A DNA stretch of 64,000 nucleotides from Candidatus Bathyarchaeota archaeon (lineage in GTDB: Archaea; Thermoproteota; Bathyarchaeia; Bathyarchaeales; Bathycorpusculaceae): the NCBI GenBank assembly GCA_963717465.1, contig OY970340.1:1312001-1376000 (forward strand), written 5' to 3'. Position numbers and translations under genes: made by a program. The first letter of the stretch is position 1, and every line of letters begins with the position of its first letter. Under the pieces are notes generated by a model. That model searched no databases. It was not told the origin of the DNA and was given only the letters and a program-made list of their open reading frames with translations. Below, one piece after another: positions 20,799 through 32,640 of the stretch.

Positions 20799-21755
20799 AT
20801 GGTTAATTTTCCGTTCAAAAGAACCATCCTAATCTTGTTGGATGTAAGAAAAAACGGGTTTATCTATACCCTAAACACTGCATTAATATTTTCTTTTCAA
20901 GCATTAAACCCACGTCGTATATATCTGCCTAAGCAAAGGCTAATCAAAGTTAACGGGTCTTGGATGCTTGTATACCCAAAAAAGAAAGGCATTCAATTAG
21001 ACCTGTATTTGTGTAGGGAAAGAGAGCCTTTATGCACAAAAATCCTACTAAATAATGCAATTATTAAGCAGGGTGACTGCATACTTGACATTGGCGCAAA
21101 CATTGGCTACTATGTATTACTTGAATCCAGACTTGTCGGTGATTTTGGTATCGTGTACGGGGTTGAACCAGTAAAAACAACCTTTGCGCTCTTAAAAGAG
21201 AACGTGTCGTTGAATAGGCGCAGTAATGTCGAATTGCACAATTTAGCTGTTGGCGATAAAAATGAGCAAGCGGAAATTTATGTTTCAGATAAGAGTAATC
21301 TTAGCGCAATGAGGAAAGAAGCTAGCGGCGGCACTATCTTAGGAACTCAAGCAGTTAATGTTATCACTATTGATTATTTTTTGGTAGGTAAACGCTTTCC
21401 CAATTTGATCAGAATGGACGTTGAAGGTTACGAGTATGAAATAGTGAAGGGCATGGAGAAGACACTGCAGAAAGCGGATGATCTTTGGGTAATGATAGAA
21501 CTACATGTATCGCCTAAACAATCAACGTGGGAACACGTTACTGAAATACTTTCTACACTTGAGAAGAACAATTTTAAAATTAGATATGTGATTTATAATC
21601 GTTCAGTGAAGGATAATAAAGTATTTCAGTATTTGCGGCACGGATTTGGGACGCCTTTTCCCTACATAGCAAGGGATATCTCCTACTCCAAGTTGCTAGA
21701 GTTACTTAAAGGTCAGCAAGAAGGCCCAAACATTCTGTTTCAGAAACAGAACTAG
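20799..21755 (+). CDS. FkbM-family SAM methyltransferase
   Basis: LDIGANIGYY, VEP, RMDVEGYE. Confidence 0.9.
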   Translation: MVNFPFKRTILILLDVRKNGFIYTLNTALIFSFQALNPRRIYLPKQRLIKVNGSWMLVYPKKKGIQLDLYLCREREPLCTKILLNNAIIKQGDCILDIGANIGYYVLLESRLVGDFGIVYGVEPVKTTFALLKENVSLNRRSNVELHNLAVGDKNEQAEIYVSDKSNLSAMRKEASGGTILGTQAVNVITIDYFLVGKRFPNLIRMDVEGYEYEIVKGMEKTLQKADDLWVMIELHVSPKQSTWEHVTEILSTLEKNNFKIRYVIYNRSVKDNKVFQYLRHGFGTPFPYIARDISYSKLLELLKGQQEGPNILFQKQN

Positions 21756-21937
21756 CCTTAGCATCCCTTTTTGAGATGGCAACTCAGAAATCAACATTTT
21801 ATTTCACCATCGTATCTTCCACATTAATGCCGCTGCAGTTTTGGCAGAAAACCAGTTTTCCTAACAAACTCGATTTATGACCGTCATTTAAGAAAAAGTT
21901 CAATCTGCGGTTGCTCGGCATGAGAATCAGCAAATTG

Positions 21938-23297
21938 CTAAAAAAGTCTTAACCCTAAACTTAATTCGATCCATAATACTAAAGAAGCCACAGTGACTTC
22001 AACGATGGATAAGACTGCGCCAACTTTTAGGTAACTTTTAAGGCTAATGTTTACGCCTTTTCGCTTCATTGTTTCAAGCCACATCAAAATCGCAAGTGAA
22101 CCCAGCGGAAAGAAATGTGGACCCAAATTGTTTCCGATAATGTTTGAGAAGATTAATCCCGTTAATGCTTGTCCGCTCAACCCCACAGCAGCCTGCTTGA
22201 TCGAGAGCAATCCCAGAATTGTCATTGGCCAATTGTTTATGAAACTTGCACCAACAGTGACAATTAAGCTTGGCACAAGTACGGAGAGTACAGACGGCAA
22301 ACTGCTACCCCACACAAGTGCTCTGAGATACGAAATCTACGATTCCGACATTGTTTAATCCTTGAACAACAATGAAGATGCCAAGCATGAAAATCACCAT
22401 GTCCCAATTGATTTGCTTTATTATCCGCTTGATTCCTTGGGGTTCATCTCTTGGAAAAGAGCCCTTGTTTAACGCGACCCAGTAAACTGCGATGAGAAAG
22501 ATTGCTCCTGAACAGACAACAAATGAAACTGGAACTCTTACAAACGAGGATAAGACATACCCAACATCGACAGCGATTAAAGTGGCGATGCTGATTTTTA
22601 AAAGAGCAGGAGCGATGAAATGTGATTTTTTTGTTAAATCTTCACCAAGCTCTGTAGAGTATGTTTTAGGAATTTTTTTGCGGAAGATAAAGTAGACTAG
22701 CATTAGACTGCTTGCGATAGTGGCAACTGAGACTAGACTCATTATTGTCATGTGGTCGATGAAACTGTACTTGAAAACATCTGCACTTACAATGTTCACT
22801 GGGTTACTCGTAATCAACGGCATTGCGGCGGTATCGGCAATTAACCCCGCGGAGAAAAGATACGCTAATCTTCCGTTAGAGTCAATTTTTAATTGGCTAA
22901 CAATCTCTAAAACAATCGGCGTCAAAATCAAAACTGCACTGTCATTGGCAAAAAGTATACTTACAACCGCAGTTAAGAGTGCAATGTAAAAGTATAATTT
23001 AACGCCGTCCCCATGAGCATAACCTACCACCTTTAGAGCTGCCCACTTGAAAAAGCCCATAGCATCCAAAGTCACAGATAAAGCAACAATGCCCACGAAC
23101 GCTAACGCTGCATCCCAAATAGTCATGACCGAAGTTAACGCGTCGCTAAACGCAACAGTCCCAAGCAGAAGCGAAGCTAAAGCCCCAATTCCCGCAACTA
23201 AACCAAGCTTAATTCCTCTAGGTCTTCGAATCATAAGAAAAAGAGTGGCTGCAAAGATTGAAAGCGAAATCACCGAAACGTAATTCACCCAAGTCAC
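21938..23297 (-). CDS. arsB: ArsB-family arsenite/anion permease, split by a frameshift near 22320
   Basis: FANDSAVLILTP, TSNPVNIV, NNWP, GPHFFPLGSLAILMW over ORFs 22305-23297 and 21938-22315; removing one base joins them. Confidence 0.8.
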
Positions 23298-23411
23298 CCT
23301 TCTTCTCTTAGAGCAACTGCAAAATCTCTATAAAAAACTAACCAACAAAAGAAATAAAAGCGGACCAAACAAACTTGTGAAAACAAAAAATAAGGTTGAA
23401 GAATGGGGTTC

Positions 23412-24495
23412 TTAGAAGATCAGTGGCATTTTAAATGCTTTCTTTGACTTAGGTCTTAGTGAACGTACTGTTGCTCCAGCTCGCCACATTTCGCTTTCGC
23501 CTAAAGTCTTCAATTCGTCTGCAAGTTCCTGCCTGTAGTTTGGTTTGCTGCTTCTTTCAAGAACGATCCGCGTTTCCTCACCTGAAGAGACAAGTTCATA
23601 GAGTGACTCGAAAAGTGGTTTTGTGCCATTGCGAAAGCGCTCCTTCCACCGTAATGCTCCGATGCGTGCTGTTTCGCTGCAGTTGTTGTACATCCAATCC
23701 ATTCCGTTCTCGTCGACAAGGCGAATTAGACTTTGAGTGAGTTCCTCAACTGTTTCGTTGAAAGCTTCACTTGGGCTGTGTCCTTTCTCACGAAGCGTGT
23801 AGTACTGAGCCTCCATGATTCCAGCTAAGGCCCCCATTAAGACGCCTCGTTCACCAGTTAAGTCACTGTAGACTTCTTTTTCAAACGTTGTCGGAAACAG
23901 GTAGCCCGAACCAATAGCGATTCCCAAGGCTTTCGTTCGGTTTTCAGCTTTGCCCGTGGAATCTTGAAAGACTGCGAAGCTGCTGTTTATTCCGCTTCCG
24001 TCGCAAAAGTTCTTCCTAACCGATGTTCCTGAACCTTTTGGCGCAACCAAAATAACATCGACGTTATTTGGCGGAATAACTCCCGTTTGCTCTTTATACA
24101 CTATTGAGAATCCATGTGAAAAGTAAATAGCATCACCTTTTTTAAGTGACTTTTTAACTGTCGGCCAAGCCTCTTTTTGTCCAGCATCAGTTAACAGAAA
24201 CATTTTAATTGTTCCTTTTTCCGCAGCCTCCTTCATCGAGAACAGGTTTTCTCCCGGAACCCAACCATCCTTTACTGCTAAATCATAGTATGCTTTGTGT
24301 ACTCCCGTCTTCTCTTGACCAACGATTACTTTAATCCCATTATCCTCTCATATTTAGTGATTGAGCGCGACCTTGAATACCGTAGCCAAGCGAAACAACA
24401 ACTTCATCTTTTAGAATTTTTTGAGCTTTGGCCACAGTAAACTCTTCACGAGTAATGACGTCTTCCTTAACGCCGCCGAAATCTATTTTCACCAT
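23412..24495 (-). CDS. ilvC: Ketol-acid reductoisomerase, split by one extra base near 24345
   Basis: GYGIQGRAQSLNMR then DNGIKVIVG...WVPGENLF in the next frame; FSHGF, APKGSG, DLTGERGVLMG. Confidence 0.9.
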
Positions 24496-24969
24496 TTTAA
24501 TTGTTCCTCTAGCCAAACACTTTAGCAAATGCTATAATTAAGAATTATGTTGGCATTTCCTGTGATAATTATAGCTCAATGACAAGCCACAGTGTGCTAA
24601 TTTAGATGTTTCACTTCAGCATTAACTAAAAAAGTGTCAATTAAAGCTCAATGATGTATACGCATGTTTCTTTAGAGCATAAATTAAAAATTCTGGAAGC
24701 GAGGTGAGTGACAAGCGCGCACCGAACAGCTAAGCGTTATTTGGATGAGACACGATGGACGAAAACTAAAAAAAAGTTGTTGAAGGAGAGAAATATGATT
24801 GGCAATAAGCAGCATCGATGAGGAAAGTAATATAGTGCAAAGTAGCTCGCTAGGCTTGTAAATATGGGTAAGAGGGATTTTATGAATGTTAAGCAAGCAA
24901 AGCTTAAATCCATAAAATGATATTAAAATAAGCAACCTAGATATCAATCGAAAGAAGAGTTATAAAAAA

Positions 24970-25569
24970 TTGACTCAAACAAGCATGACACAAGCACCAA
25001 AGAAAAAAGGCAAGGTATTCTATGCTGGAGTAATCGCCTTTATCCTGATTGCTGGAGTAATAGTAGCAGTAGTTGAATCTAATTCCAATCCAGGTAACAC
25101 TTCAAGTACTGCACCAATGACTACCCCTTTGACTGTATCGACCTCAATCAATACCCCGAATATAACAATCACATACAGCACAACAGAAGTATCACCGATT
25201 TATTGTGAACCATGTCTCACAAATACTTCACAATCTAGCTATCCTAGCTACGTAATTTTAGTAGTTAATATGACAATACAGAATAATGGATATAACGAAA
25301 GTTTCAGCGCGGCTCCTGGCGATTTCTCTGTCACTGCAAACGGTGTAGCTTACTATTGCAGCTATGGCGCCCTCGCTGTCGTAGGGAACCCACCTTTTGT
25401 TGCTAACAATTTTGATATGGTGGATGTACCCAATGGTGGAACTTATAGCGGTACACTAGTGTTTACTATTCCTGCATCCGCAGACATTTCAGGACTCGCA
25501 TACTTAGGCATGTATTATGAGGACGGCACTGTCCACAACTTTAACGTGGTATTTACTCAGGCAAGTTAA
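24970..25569 (+). CDS. Membrane-anchored DUF4352-like beta-sandwich protein
   Basis: N-terminal TM, Thr/Ser linker, VNMTIQNNG...GTLVFTIP. Confidence 0.65.
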   Translation: MTQTSMTQAPKKKGKVFYAGVIAFILIAGVIVAVVESNSNPGNTSSTAPMTTPLTVSTSINTPNITITYSTTEVSPIYCEPCLTNTSQSSYPSYVILVVNMTIQNNGYNESFSAAPGDFSVTANGVAYYCSYGALAVVGNPPFVANNFDMVDVPNGGTYSGTLVFTIPASADISGLAYLGMYYEDGTVHNFNVVFTQAS

Positions 25570-25887
25570 ATAGGGCTAAATATTGTAATTATAATTGTGT
25601 CTTTGCGCATACTCTGATACTTTCACTCTTCGCTCATCGTAGCATTCTCTAATTATCCCTCGATTTTATAAGTAATTAAATTGTCTCTTTTCGAAAAATC
25701 AAACCGCCTCCTCACTACCAAAAATGACAGAAGATTTCCATAACCCGCCAGTTCGTATTTTATGCAACCGCAAAATCTCTTCAATGGGAAATGACATGGT
25801 AATTGTTATTGTCTTGGTGCAACAGCAAAAAAATATATCTTTTTTCAATTCTCCTATTTTTAGATAAAATTTTTTTGAGGTAGAAAA

Positions 25888-26194
25888 ATGCAAAAATATC
25901 TAGCCTTAATTAAACTGAGTCCCAATAGAACACAATCATTTTATGACTCCTTAAAGAGGATGTTAAGAAGGCCTGTTGCTGGAGTTAAAATCCAAGCATC
26001 ATATAACATCTTTGGAAGCTGGGATTGCGCCATATGGTTTGAAGCTGAAAACAACGATTTAGCAGACCGGTTTTATCGCAGAAAAGATACGCCCCATAAA
26101 CGGAGTATTCGAAACATTAACTATGCCTGCCACACCAATAGAAGAACCTAGCAAAGTACCAACCGACACCGTATTCTCCAGAATCCACACATAA
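25888..26194 (+). CDS. Stand-alone Lrp/AsnC ligand-binding (ferredoxin-fold) protein, frameshift near 26067
   Basis: YNIFGSWD; removing one C continues as FIAEKIRPINGVFETLTMP to TAA at 26192-26194. Confidence 0.6.
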
Positions 26195-26587
26195 AAAATT
26201 TCATCAACAACTCCTTCTTTTTAATACATTCAAAAACACCCTATTGAAGCAAGCAACTAATCCAGATTTACCACTCAGAGCAATCCTCGAAAAGAATCTA
26301 CTATTCATTATAGTAGGTAGTTCCATCCAGATTTAACTTCTCTGGATCAACCCACCTGATCTTATCAGGTTCACCTCACAGCGTTCGCTCGACAGGTTCG
26401 ACGTCGTTCAACCTTGCAGGTTCACTGTTAATTTGCGCATAAGACTCAAAAGCCGCGAAGCGTGCTTGATCGCTTTTAGCTTGAGTACACAGAAAGTTGG
26501 CTTTACGGTTCAACTATACATGGTATTGCAGCAACTGACTTTTAGGCCATGATTTAGTTTTAGCTTTCGCGATTACTACACGAAAAA

Positions 26588-26634
26588 GGTTTTCCGAGAT
26601 TTTCCATGTTATTCGTGGGTTTTCCGAGATTTTC
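26588..26634. repeat. 17-bp exact direct repeat (ggttttccgagattttc) with 30-bp period
   Basis: Copies at 26588-26604 and 26618-26634, upstream of the DUF3795 gene. Confidence 0.9.
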
Positions 26635-26688
26635 AGGACATTCCTGAAAGCCTAAAGCATAATAAATCACTTAGAGTAATACGCTCGT

Positions 26689-27123
26689 ATGGCAAGCAAA
26701 TTCACTCCTGAATTAATTGCGCCATGCGGGATTAACTGCGGAGTATGCAAAAATTACTTAGCCTTTACAAGAAGGGTTCCAACTAAACGAGGAAAAATCA
26801 GTCACTGTAAAGGTTGCATGATACGAGCTAAGAATTGTTACATTAAAAGCGGTTGCAATAAACTCGTCAAGGGGCAAGTAAAGTATTGTTTTGAATGCAA
26901 TGATATGCCCTGCAAGAATATTCAACATTTGGACAAACGTTACAGAGAAAACTATGACATGAGCTTGGTTGAAAACCTAAAGGAACTAAAACTACACGGC
27001 ATAGACGATTTCCTTAAGACACAGGGGGCAAAATATGAATGCCCAGTTTGCGGAGACGTCTTGTCGATGCATGACGGCAAATGCTACCTCTGCTTTCGCA
27101 AAAAACTGGGCTCAAATAGGTGA
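26689..27123 (+). CDS. DUF3795 Cys-rich protein
   Basis: APCGINCGVC, CKGC, YCFECNDMPC, CPVCG. Confidence 0.85.
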   Translation: MASKFTPELIAPCGINCGVCKNYLAFTRRVPTKRGKISHCKGCMIRAKNCYIKSGCNKLVKGQVKYCFECNDMPCKNIQHLDKRYRENYDMSLVENLKELKLHGIDDFLKTQGAKYECPVCGDVLSMHDGKCYLCFRKKLGSNR

Positions 27124-27140
27124 CACTTAAAGTTTAGCAT

Positions 27141-28052
27141 TCAGGTTTTTATGGCGAACATTTTTTCCAGTGAAGCTCGAGCTTTTCTGGCGACTGGCTC
27201 GGCAACTTTGACTACGTATTTTTCTTCTTTTAGTGAAGCATAAAGCCGGTCAAGAGTTGTTAGTTTCATATTTGGGCAAATTGCGCCGTCGTATGACAGT
27301 ATAAATGTTTTGTCAGGATTTTCTTTGCGTAAGCGATGCAGGATGCCTTCTTCTGTGCCTACAATAAATGTTTTAGCGTTTGATTCCTTGACATAACGGC
27401 ACATTTTTGAAGTGCTGCCGACAAAATCTGCCACTTTGCGCATTTCAGCGCTACATTCTGGGTGAACTATTACGCAAGCGTTTGGATGTTTAGCTTTGAG
27501 AACTTGAACGTCTTCAGGCTGGAACAGCAGGTGAGTTGGGCAAAATCCCCATTCCGGAAGTGGAATAATGGTTTTTCCTGTTTTCTCCGCAACGTATTCC
27601 CCAAGGTTCCTGTCAGGACCAAAAAGAATAGTGTCTGCATCAATTGATTTTATAACTTCAACAGCGTTAGCGCTTGTGCAGCATACATCGCAGTAAGCTT
27701 TAGCAGCTGCCAAAGTGTTCACGTAGAGGACGACTGGAGCCTTAGGATAAAGCGCCTTTGCTCTTTTGATTTCGTCCACGGTTAACATTTGAGCCATCGG
27801 GCAACGTGCACCCTGACAAGGCAAAAGCACTTTCTTGTTCGGATTAAGTATAGCAGCTGATTCAGCCATGAAATCCACCGCTGAAAAAACAATAATTTTA
27901 GCATCTTTTTCTTCCATCGCTTTGCGGCTAAGTTCTATGCTATCACCAATATAATCGGCAATATCTTGGATTTCTGGTCTTTGATAATTATGAGCTAAAA
28001 TGACTGCCTTTTTTTCCTTTTTTAAATTGATGATTTTTTCACTTAAATTCAT
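27141..28052 (-). CDS. nadA: Quinolinate synthase
   Basis: ILAHNYQ, CPMA, YVNT, CCTSANA, CPTH, HPEC, CPNMK. Confidence 0.96.
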   Translation of the reverse strand: MNLSEKIINLKKEKKAVILAHNYQRPEIQDIADYIGDSIELSRKAMEEKDAKIIVFSAVDFMAESAAILNPNKKVLLPCQGARCPMAQMLTVDEIKRAKALYPKAPVVLYVNTLAAAKAYCDVCCTSANAVEVIKSIDADTILFGPDRNLGEYVAEKTGKTIIPLPEWGFCPTHLLFQPEDVQVLKAKHPNACVIVHPECSAEMRKVADFVGSTSKMCRYVKESNAKTFIVGTEEGILHRLRKENPDKTFILSYDGAICPNMKLTTLDRLYASLKEEKYVVKVAEPVARKARASLEKMFAIKT

Positions 28053-28223
28053 TATTTCGCCTTAAAGTGAATTATATCAACGTCAAATCATGAGATATAT
28101 ATTTTTACTTCATTCTTACGGCTTTTCATACTTAATCCATCGCATTTCAGACATTTCTGCTCAAATTTTCCCATCGACGATTATTCCGTTTAGGGAATAC
28201 ATGATTTATTAACGATTGATGAT

Positions 28224-29657
28224 ATGGATGGTTGGGCGAAAAGGGGAAGGCTTCAAACTTACATGCGTAAACTATTACCTAGAAGCTTCAAGTCAGTTTA
28301 CTTGCTATTCCTAGTACCTATTTTTCTAGCGGTACTATCCTGGCTTTATTTCCCCACTGTAGCTACCTGGATTATCGCTAACGTATTTCACTACCTGGCA
28401 CCTGCGTCAACAGCAAATCCAGTTTGGATGGGATTTGTCAGTTTCTTTTACAGTTGGTACACTTTAGCAATTGGAATTTCAGGCTTGTGGGTTGTAGCTG
28501 CTTACTTGTCAAGAAAAAAGCAACATGTGGAAAATGGGCATGGATTCAATCCTCTTGTTTCATTCATCATTCCAGCATTCAATCAGGAGAAAAACATTGC
28601 ACGATGCATCCGATGCCTTTTCAAATGCACAGAAAAATACGACGGCATATGTGAAGTCATAATTGTGGATGATGGCAGTACAGATGAAACTTACAAAGCA
28701 GCAGCAAGAGAAATACAACTGGGAAAAACTTCGCATCCGCTCATTGGAGCAAAAATTTGTCGGCATTTGTCAAATTTAGGTAAAATTGAAGCTTTAAAAA
28801 CAGGTAAGAACCGTGCAATGGGCGGTTTAATCGCGATCGTAGATGCTGATTCTGAATGGGCGCCTGAAACTCTGTTTTGGCTTGTAAATTACAAGCTTGC
28901 AAATGGCAAAAAAGCTTTAACAGGTTATGTTCATCCGAACGGGCAAGATTCTCATGGTAATTTGCTTGTAACTTTGCAGCGGTTGGAGTATAGTCAAAGC
29001 TTAGGCGTATGTCGCGCCGCTCAGAGTTTAGGAGATAATGTGTCTGTTGTCTCTGGAGCGATTGGGCTTTACGACGCTGATTTGCTTCGAAACATCTTGG
29101 CAGAAGGAAACATTCACAGTATAACCGAAGATTTGGAAATTACTCTTGAAATGCGTAAAAGAGGCGTAAAAGCCGAATACGTTAATTTTGCAAGAAGTGA
29201 CACTGTTGCACCTGTAAGTTTAAACGCGCTATGGCATCAGCGCTTACGATGGTTTACTGGCTGGTTACATAACACGTCTGGGATTTATCGTGATTTAATG
29301 AAAAAGCGTTCATGGTTCTCGGCCCTTATATGGTACTGTTACATATTCGAGTTTGCAGGCGCATTCATTTATTTGGGAACATTAATTTCATTCCCGTTTT
29401 TGTGGTATTTTTCCCCTGACCCAGTTCAATTCGGATTAAACTTACTAGTGTTTATTCCATACGGCTTAGTGATCAGCGTAATTAATCAAGCAATAGCATT
29501 AAAGTTTGCTTATGGCAGTTATACCTTTGGCGACTTACTATTCTATACACCACTTAACATTTTCCTAAGGTTAATCAACATGTTTGCGCGTTCTGAAAGC
29601 GTAGTCAGATATTTAATGGGAAACAACGGAAATTGGCATGGAAATTGGAAGAGTTAA
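28224..29657 (+). CDS. Processive GT2 glycosyltransferase
   Basis: IPAFNQE, DDGSTD, DAD, TED, QRLRW; flanking TM helices. Confidence 0.9.
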   Translation: MDGWAKRGRLQTYMRKLLPRSFKSVYLLFLVPIFLAVLSWLYFPTVATWIIANVFHYLAPASTANPVWMGFVSFFYSWYTLAIGISGLWVVAAYLSRKKQHVENGHGFNPLVSFIIPAFNQEKNIARCIRCLFKCTEKYDGICEVIIVDDGSTDETYKAAAREIQLGKTSHPLIGAKICRHLSNLGKIEALKTGKNRAMGGLIAIVDADSEWAPETLFWLVNYKLANGKKALTGYVHPNGQDSHGNLLVTLQRLEYSQSLGVCRAAQSLGDNVSVVSGAIGLYDADLLRNILAEGNIHSITEDLEITLEMRKRGVKAEYVNFARSDTVAPVSLNALWHQRLRWFTGWLHNTSGIYRDLMKKRSWFSALIWYCYIFEFAGAFIYLGTLISFPFLWYFSPDPVQFGLNLLVFIPYGLVISVINQAIALKFAYGSYTFGDLLFYTPLNIFLRLINMFARSESVVRYLMGNNGNWHGNWKS

Positions 29658-29706
29658 ACAGCGAAAGATTTTAACTACCCTTCAACTAATGAGGGCTGAA
29701 TTTACC

Positions 29707-30463
29707 ATGATTAAAGCAGTTTTATTCGACTTATTTGATACTTTGCTCTTAATAGAAAAAAGAAAAGGTTATAATTTCCGCGAAAAAAGTCGCCAAGGAG
29801 GCGATGTTGCCTCAGGTTTAAAAAAAATGCATAGTTTCTTAGTTTCAAAAGGCGTTAATGTTACTTTTGAAGAATTCTATCAAGCATACGTGGAGGCTCG
29901 TGATGCCCTTTATGCTAAGGCTGATGTGAATCTTGAGGAGCCTCATTTTAATGTTAGAATTGTTGACACCTTAAAGAAACTTGGCTTTAACTGTGACATT
30001 TCAAGTTCAATTGTGACTGGGGCAACATGCGTTTTTTATGAGGAATTTATGAAATACGTTCAAATTGATGAGTATGCTAAATCAGTTTTAGAAAAACTGC
30101 ATAAGGAAATACAAGCTTGGAATAATCTCAAACTTTGCAATTCCAGAGTGCGCATTAAAATTATTGTCTTTGCACGGTTTGGACGAACTGTTTGATTTGA
30201 TTGTTATTTCTGGTGCAGTTAACAAGCGTAAGCCAAGTCCAGAAATTTTCATGGATGCTTTAAAGGCGCTTGGAGTTTCTGCTTCCGAAGCGGCGTTTGT
30301 TGGTGATACAGCTGATGCGGATGTTGCTGGCGCAAAAGCGGTTGGCATGTGTTCAATTTATCTTAAGAGGCGTCTTGAGGAAGATTTAGAGATGTATCAT
30401 CCTGATTATATCATTGATAGTCTGAATGACTTGCCAGTTTTGCTAAGCAAAGTTAGTTTTTAA
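29707..30463 (+). CDS. HAD-superfamily hydrolase, split by one extra base near 30105
   Basis: FDLFDTL in the first ORF; KLGIISNF, RKPSPEIF, FVGDTADADV in the second frame. Confidence 0.85.
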
Positions 30464-30602
30464 TGAATTTGGTTTTTAATTTTAGAATATTCTAATTATT
30501 GCTGCAATTTCGGAATAAACTTAATATGGATGCATGCTTGTAGGGTGTATTGTGATATATGATATTGGATATTAATATCCAATAAATGGAAGTTATAAGA
30601 AA

Positions 30603-30710
30603 ATGGATGAACAATTAAGCAAAGAAGAAATACGCTGGCTTGTTGTTAAATCAATGCTTGATGAATTTCCAAAATTAAGACGCAAAGTCAAGAATTACCT
30701 TTCTCAATAA
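30603..30710 (+). CDS. Small 35-aa protein MDEQLSKEEIRWLVVKSMLDEFPKLRRKVKNYLSQ (below track cutoff)
   Basis: Translated by hand; amphipathic-helix composition in an otherwise empty intergenic gap. Confidence 0.45.
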   Translation: MDEQLSKEEIRWLVVKSMLDEFPKLRRKVKNYLSQ

Positions 30711-30728
30711 AGATTTCTCAATAAAGAT
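30701..30728. repeat. 14-bp exact tandem duplication (ttctcaataaagat x2)
   Basis: Read directly. Confidence 0.9.
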
Positions 30729-30783
30729 TGTTCTAAATATCTGCGAGGAAACTTCAAGCAAGACGAATTGTAAAACAGAATCA

Positions 30784-31080
30784 TTATTTGCTATTTTGAG
30801 CGTTTCTATTTAACAGTTCATATAAATCATTGTATTGTTTGAGAAAATCAATGCCTTTGGAAGTAGCTAAGTAAATATCTCTGTTGTTTTCGCTGATTTG
30901 TCTTAGCAGGTCAGCATTTATCATGAATTTCAAGTAACCGTTGAGTTGCGCAAAGCTCAAGTTCGCCTTGTACATGACTTGCGTTTTTAAAGACCCATCT
31001 TTCGCTATTTGCAACACTTCTGCAATTATGCTTATCTTATCTCTTCTTTTTGACTTTGCATCCGCCATTATAGTGTTCAC
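30784..31080 (-). CDS. Small archaeal winged-helix regulator (HTH_45-like)
   Basis: RRDKISIIAEVL...KTQVMYKANLSFAQLNGYL...TSKG. Confidence 0.9.
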   Translation of the reverse strand: MNTIMADAKSKRRDKISIIAEVLQIAKDGSLKTQVMYKANLSFAQLNGYLKFMINADLLRQISENNRDIYLATSKGIDFLKQYNDLYELLNRNAQNSK

Positions 31081-31244
31081 GATGCCTTTCTCCTTCCTCT
31101 CGATTTATGTTATAGATCTATGTTATCTCTATTTAATCATGCTTCGAAAGGTAAAATATTTCAAATTCCGTAATGTTTCAGTTTAAATGCAGAATCAGGA
31201 AAAACTTTAACTGCATAAAAAAGAAAACAAAAGATGGTAAAAAC

Positions 31245-31748
31245 ATGAAAATTGGGTTAATCTCAGATACACACGACAACCTGACACAAGTTGAGAAAGC
31301 AATTAAATTCCTTAACAATACAAAAACGGAAATAGTTCTTCACGCGGGTGATTATGTCGCGCCCTTCGTAATCCCAAAATTCAAAAATCTTCAATGCAAC
31401 CTTATTGGTGTTTTTGGTAACAATGATGGAGATCACGAATTGCTTAAAAAAAGATTTAGCGAAACCAAGAACTGCACGATAAAAGACAGATTCGCTGAAA
31501 TCAACGCAGACAACTATAAAATTGGACTTTTGCATGGTGATGAAACAGAACTGCTTAACGCTCTAATTAAAAGCGAATACTTTGATGCAATAGTTCATGG
31601 ACATTCGCATTCAAAAAACATCGAACAGAAAGGAAAAACATTAGTTATAAATCCTGGAGAGGTCTGCGGTTATCTAACTGGGAAGTCTACTTTAGCAATA
31701 TTGGATACGATTAAGCGGCAAGCAGAAATCGTTGAACTGCAAGGTTAA
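31245..31748 (+). CDS. Metallophosphoesterase, YfcE/MJ0936 family
   Basis: ISDTHDN, HAGD, GNND, HGHSH, NPGE. Confidence 0.93.
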   Translation: MKIGLISDTHDNLTQVEKAIKFLNNTKTEIVLHAGDYVAPFVIPKFKNLQCNLIGVFGNNDGDHELLKKRFSETKNCTIKDRFAEINADNYKIGLLHGDETELLNALIKSEYFDAIVHGHSHSKNIEQKGKTLVINPGEVCGYLTGKSTLAILDTIKRQAEIVELQG

Positions 31749-31916
31749 TATCTGGCTGTTTAAAAGCGGGATTTCCTGTAGACTGTTTAATAACGAGACA
31801 GAAAATGAAAAATCCAGAGTTTGTACTGACTATTTAACTTTTGTGGGTTACAGCAGTTTTTTATTTTTTCGAATACTATGTGATATTGTTTTCGTATGCA
31901 GTGAGAGTGATAGCTT

Positions 31917-32534
31917 ATGAACAAAATTGATCTACGAAAGGAGCTCAAAAACCTCTACAATTCTACTAGTGAAGTCGAAGTTGTGGATGTACCAGCAATG
32001 AATTTTCTCAAAGTTGATGGGTCAGGGGACCCGAACAAATCCAAGCAATATCAGGATGCAATAGAAGCCTTGTTTAGTCTTTCTTACACTCTTAAATTTA
32101 TGATTAAGAAGAGCAAACAATCGATTGACTATGCGGTTATGCCCCTTGAGGGCTTATGGTGGAATGATAACCCAGATCAATTCAGTATGGAGAATAAGGA
32201 TGTTTGGAGTTGGACTTCGATGATTATGCAACCGACGTACGTGTCTGAAGCATCGATTAAGGAGGCTGTTGAACATGTCAGAAAAAAGAAGGACCTGGTC
32301 GCACTGCCTAAACTACGTTTTGAGCCCTATCAAGAAGGCTTATCAGCCCAAATAATGCACATTGGACCATACACAAACGAGAAACCTACAATCGAAAGGC
32401 TGCACAATTTCATAAATGAAAACGGCTACAGGTTCAACGGAAAGCACCATGAAATCTACTTAAACGATTTAAGAAAGACCAAACCTGAAAAGCTTAAGAC
32501 CTTGATTAGGCAACCGATAATCAAGAAGCAATAG
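31917..32534 (+). CDS. GyrI-like small-molecule-binding protein
   Basis: GSGDPN, MPLEGLWW, HIGPY, HHEIYL. Confidence 0.88.
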   Translation: MNKIDLRKELKNLYNSTSEVEVVDVPAMNFLKVDGSGDPNKSKQYQDAIEALFSLSYTLKFMIKKSKQSIDYAVMPLEGLWWNDNPDQFSMENKDVWSWTSMIMQPTYVSEASIKEAVEHVRKKKDLVALPKLRFEPYQEGLSAQIMHIGPYTNEKPTIERLHNFINENGYRFNGKHHEIYLNDLRKTKPEKLKTLIRQPIIKKQ

Positions 32535-32640
32535 GCATAATTAGATTAAATTTGTCATGCACCCTTGTTTGTCTTTTTTTCAGCACATTCTCGGTAGGAA
32601 TTTATAGTACTTTTCTTATTTAGCTATCAGTTTCTTCGCG

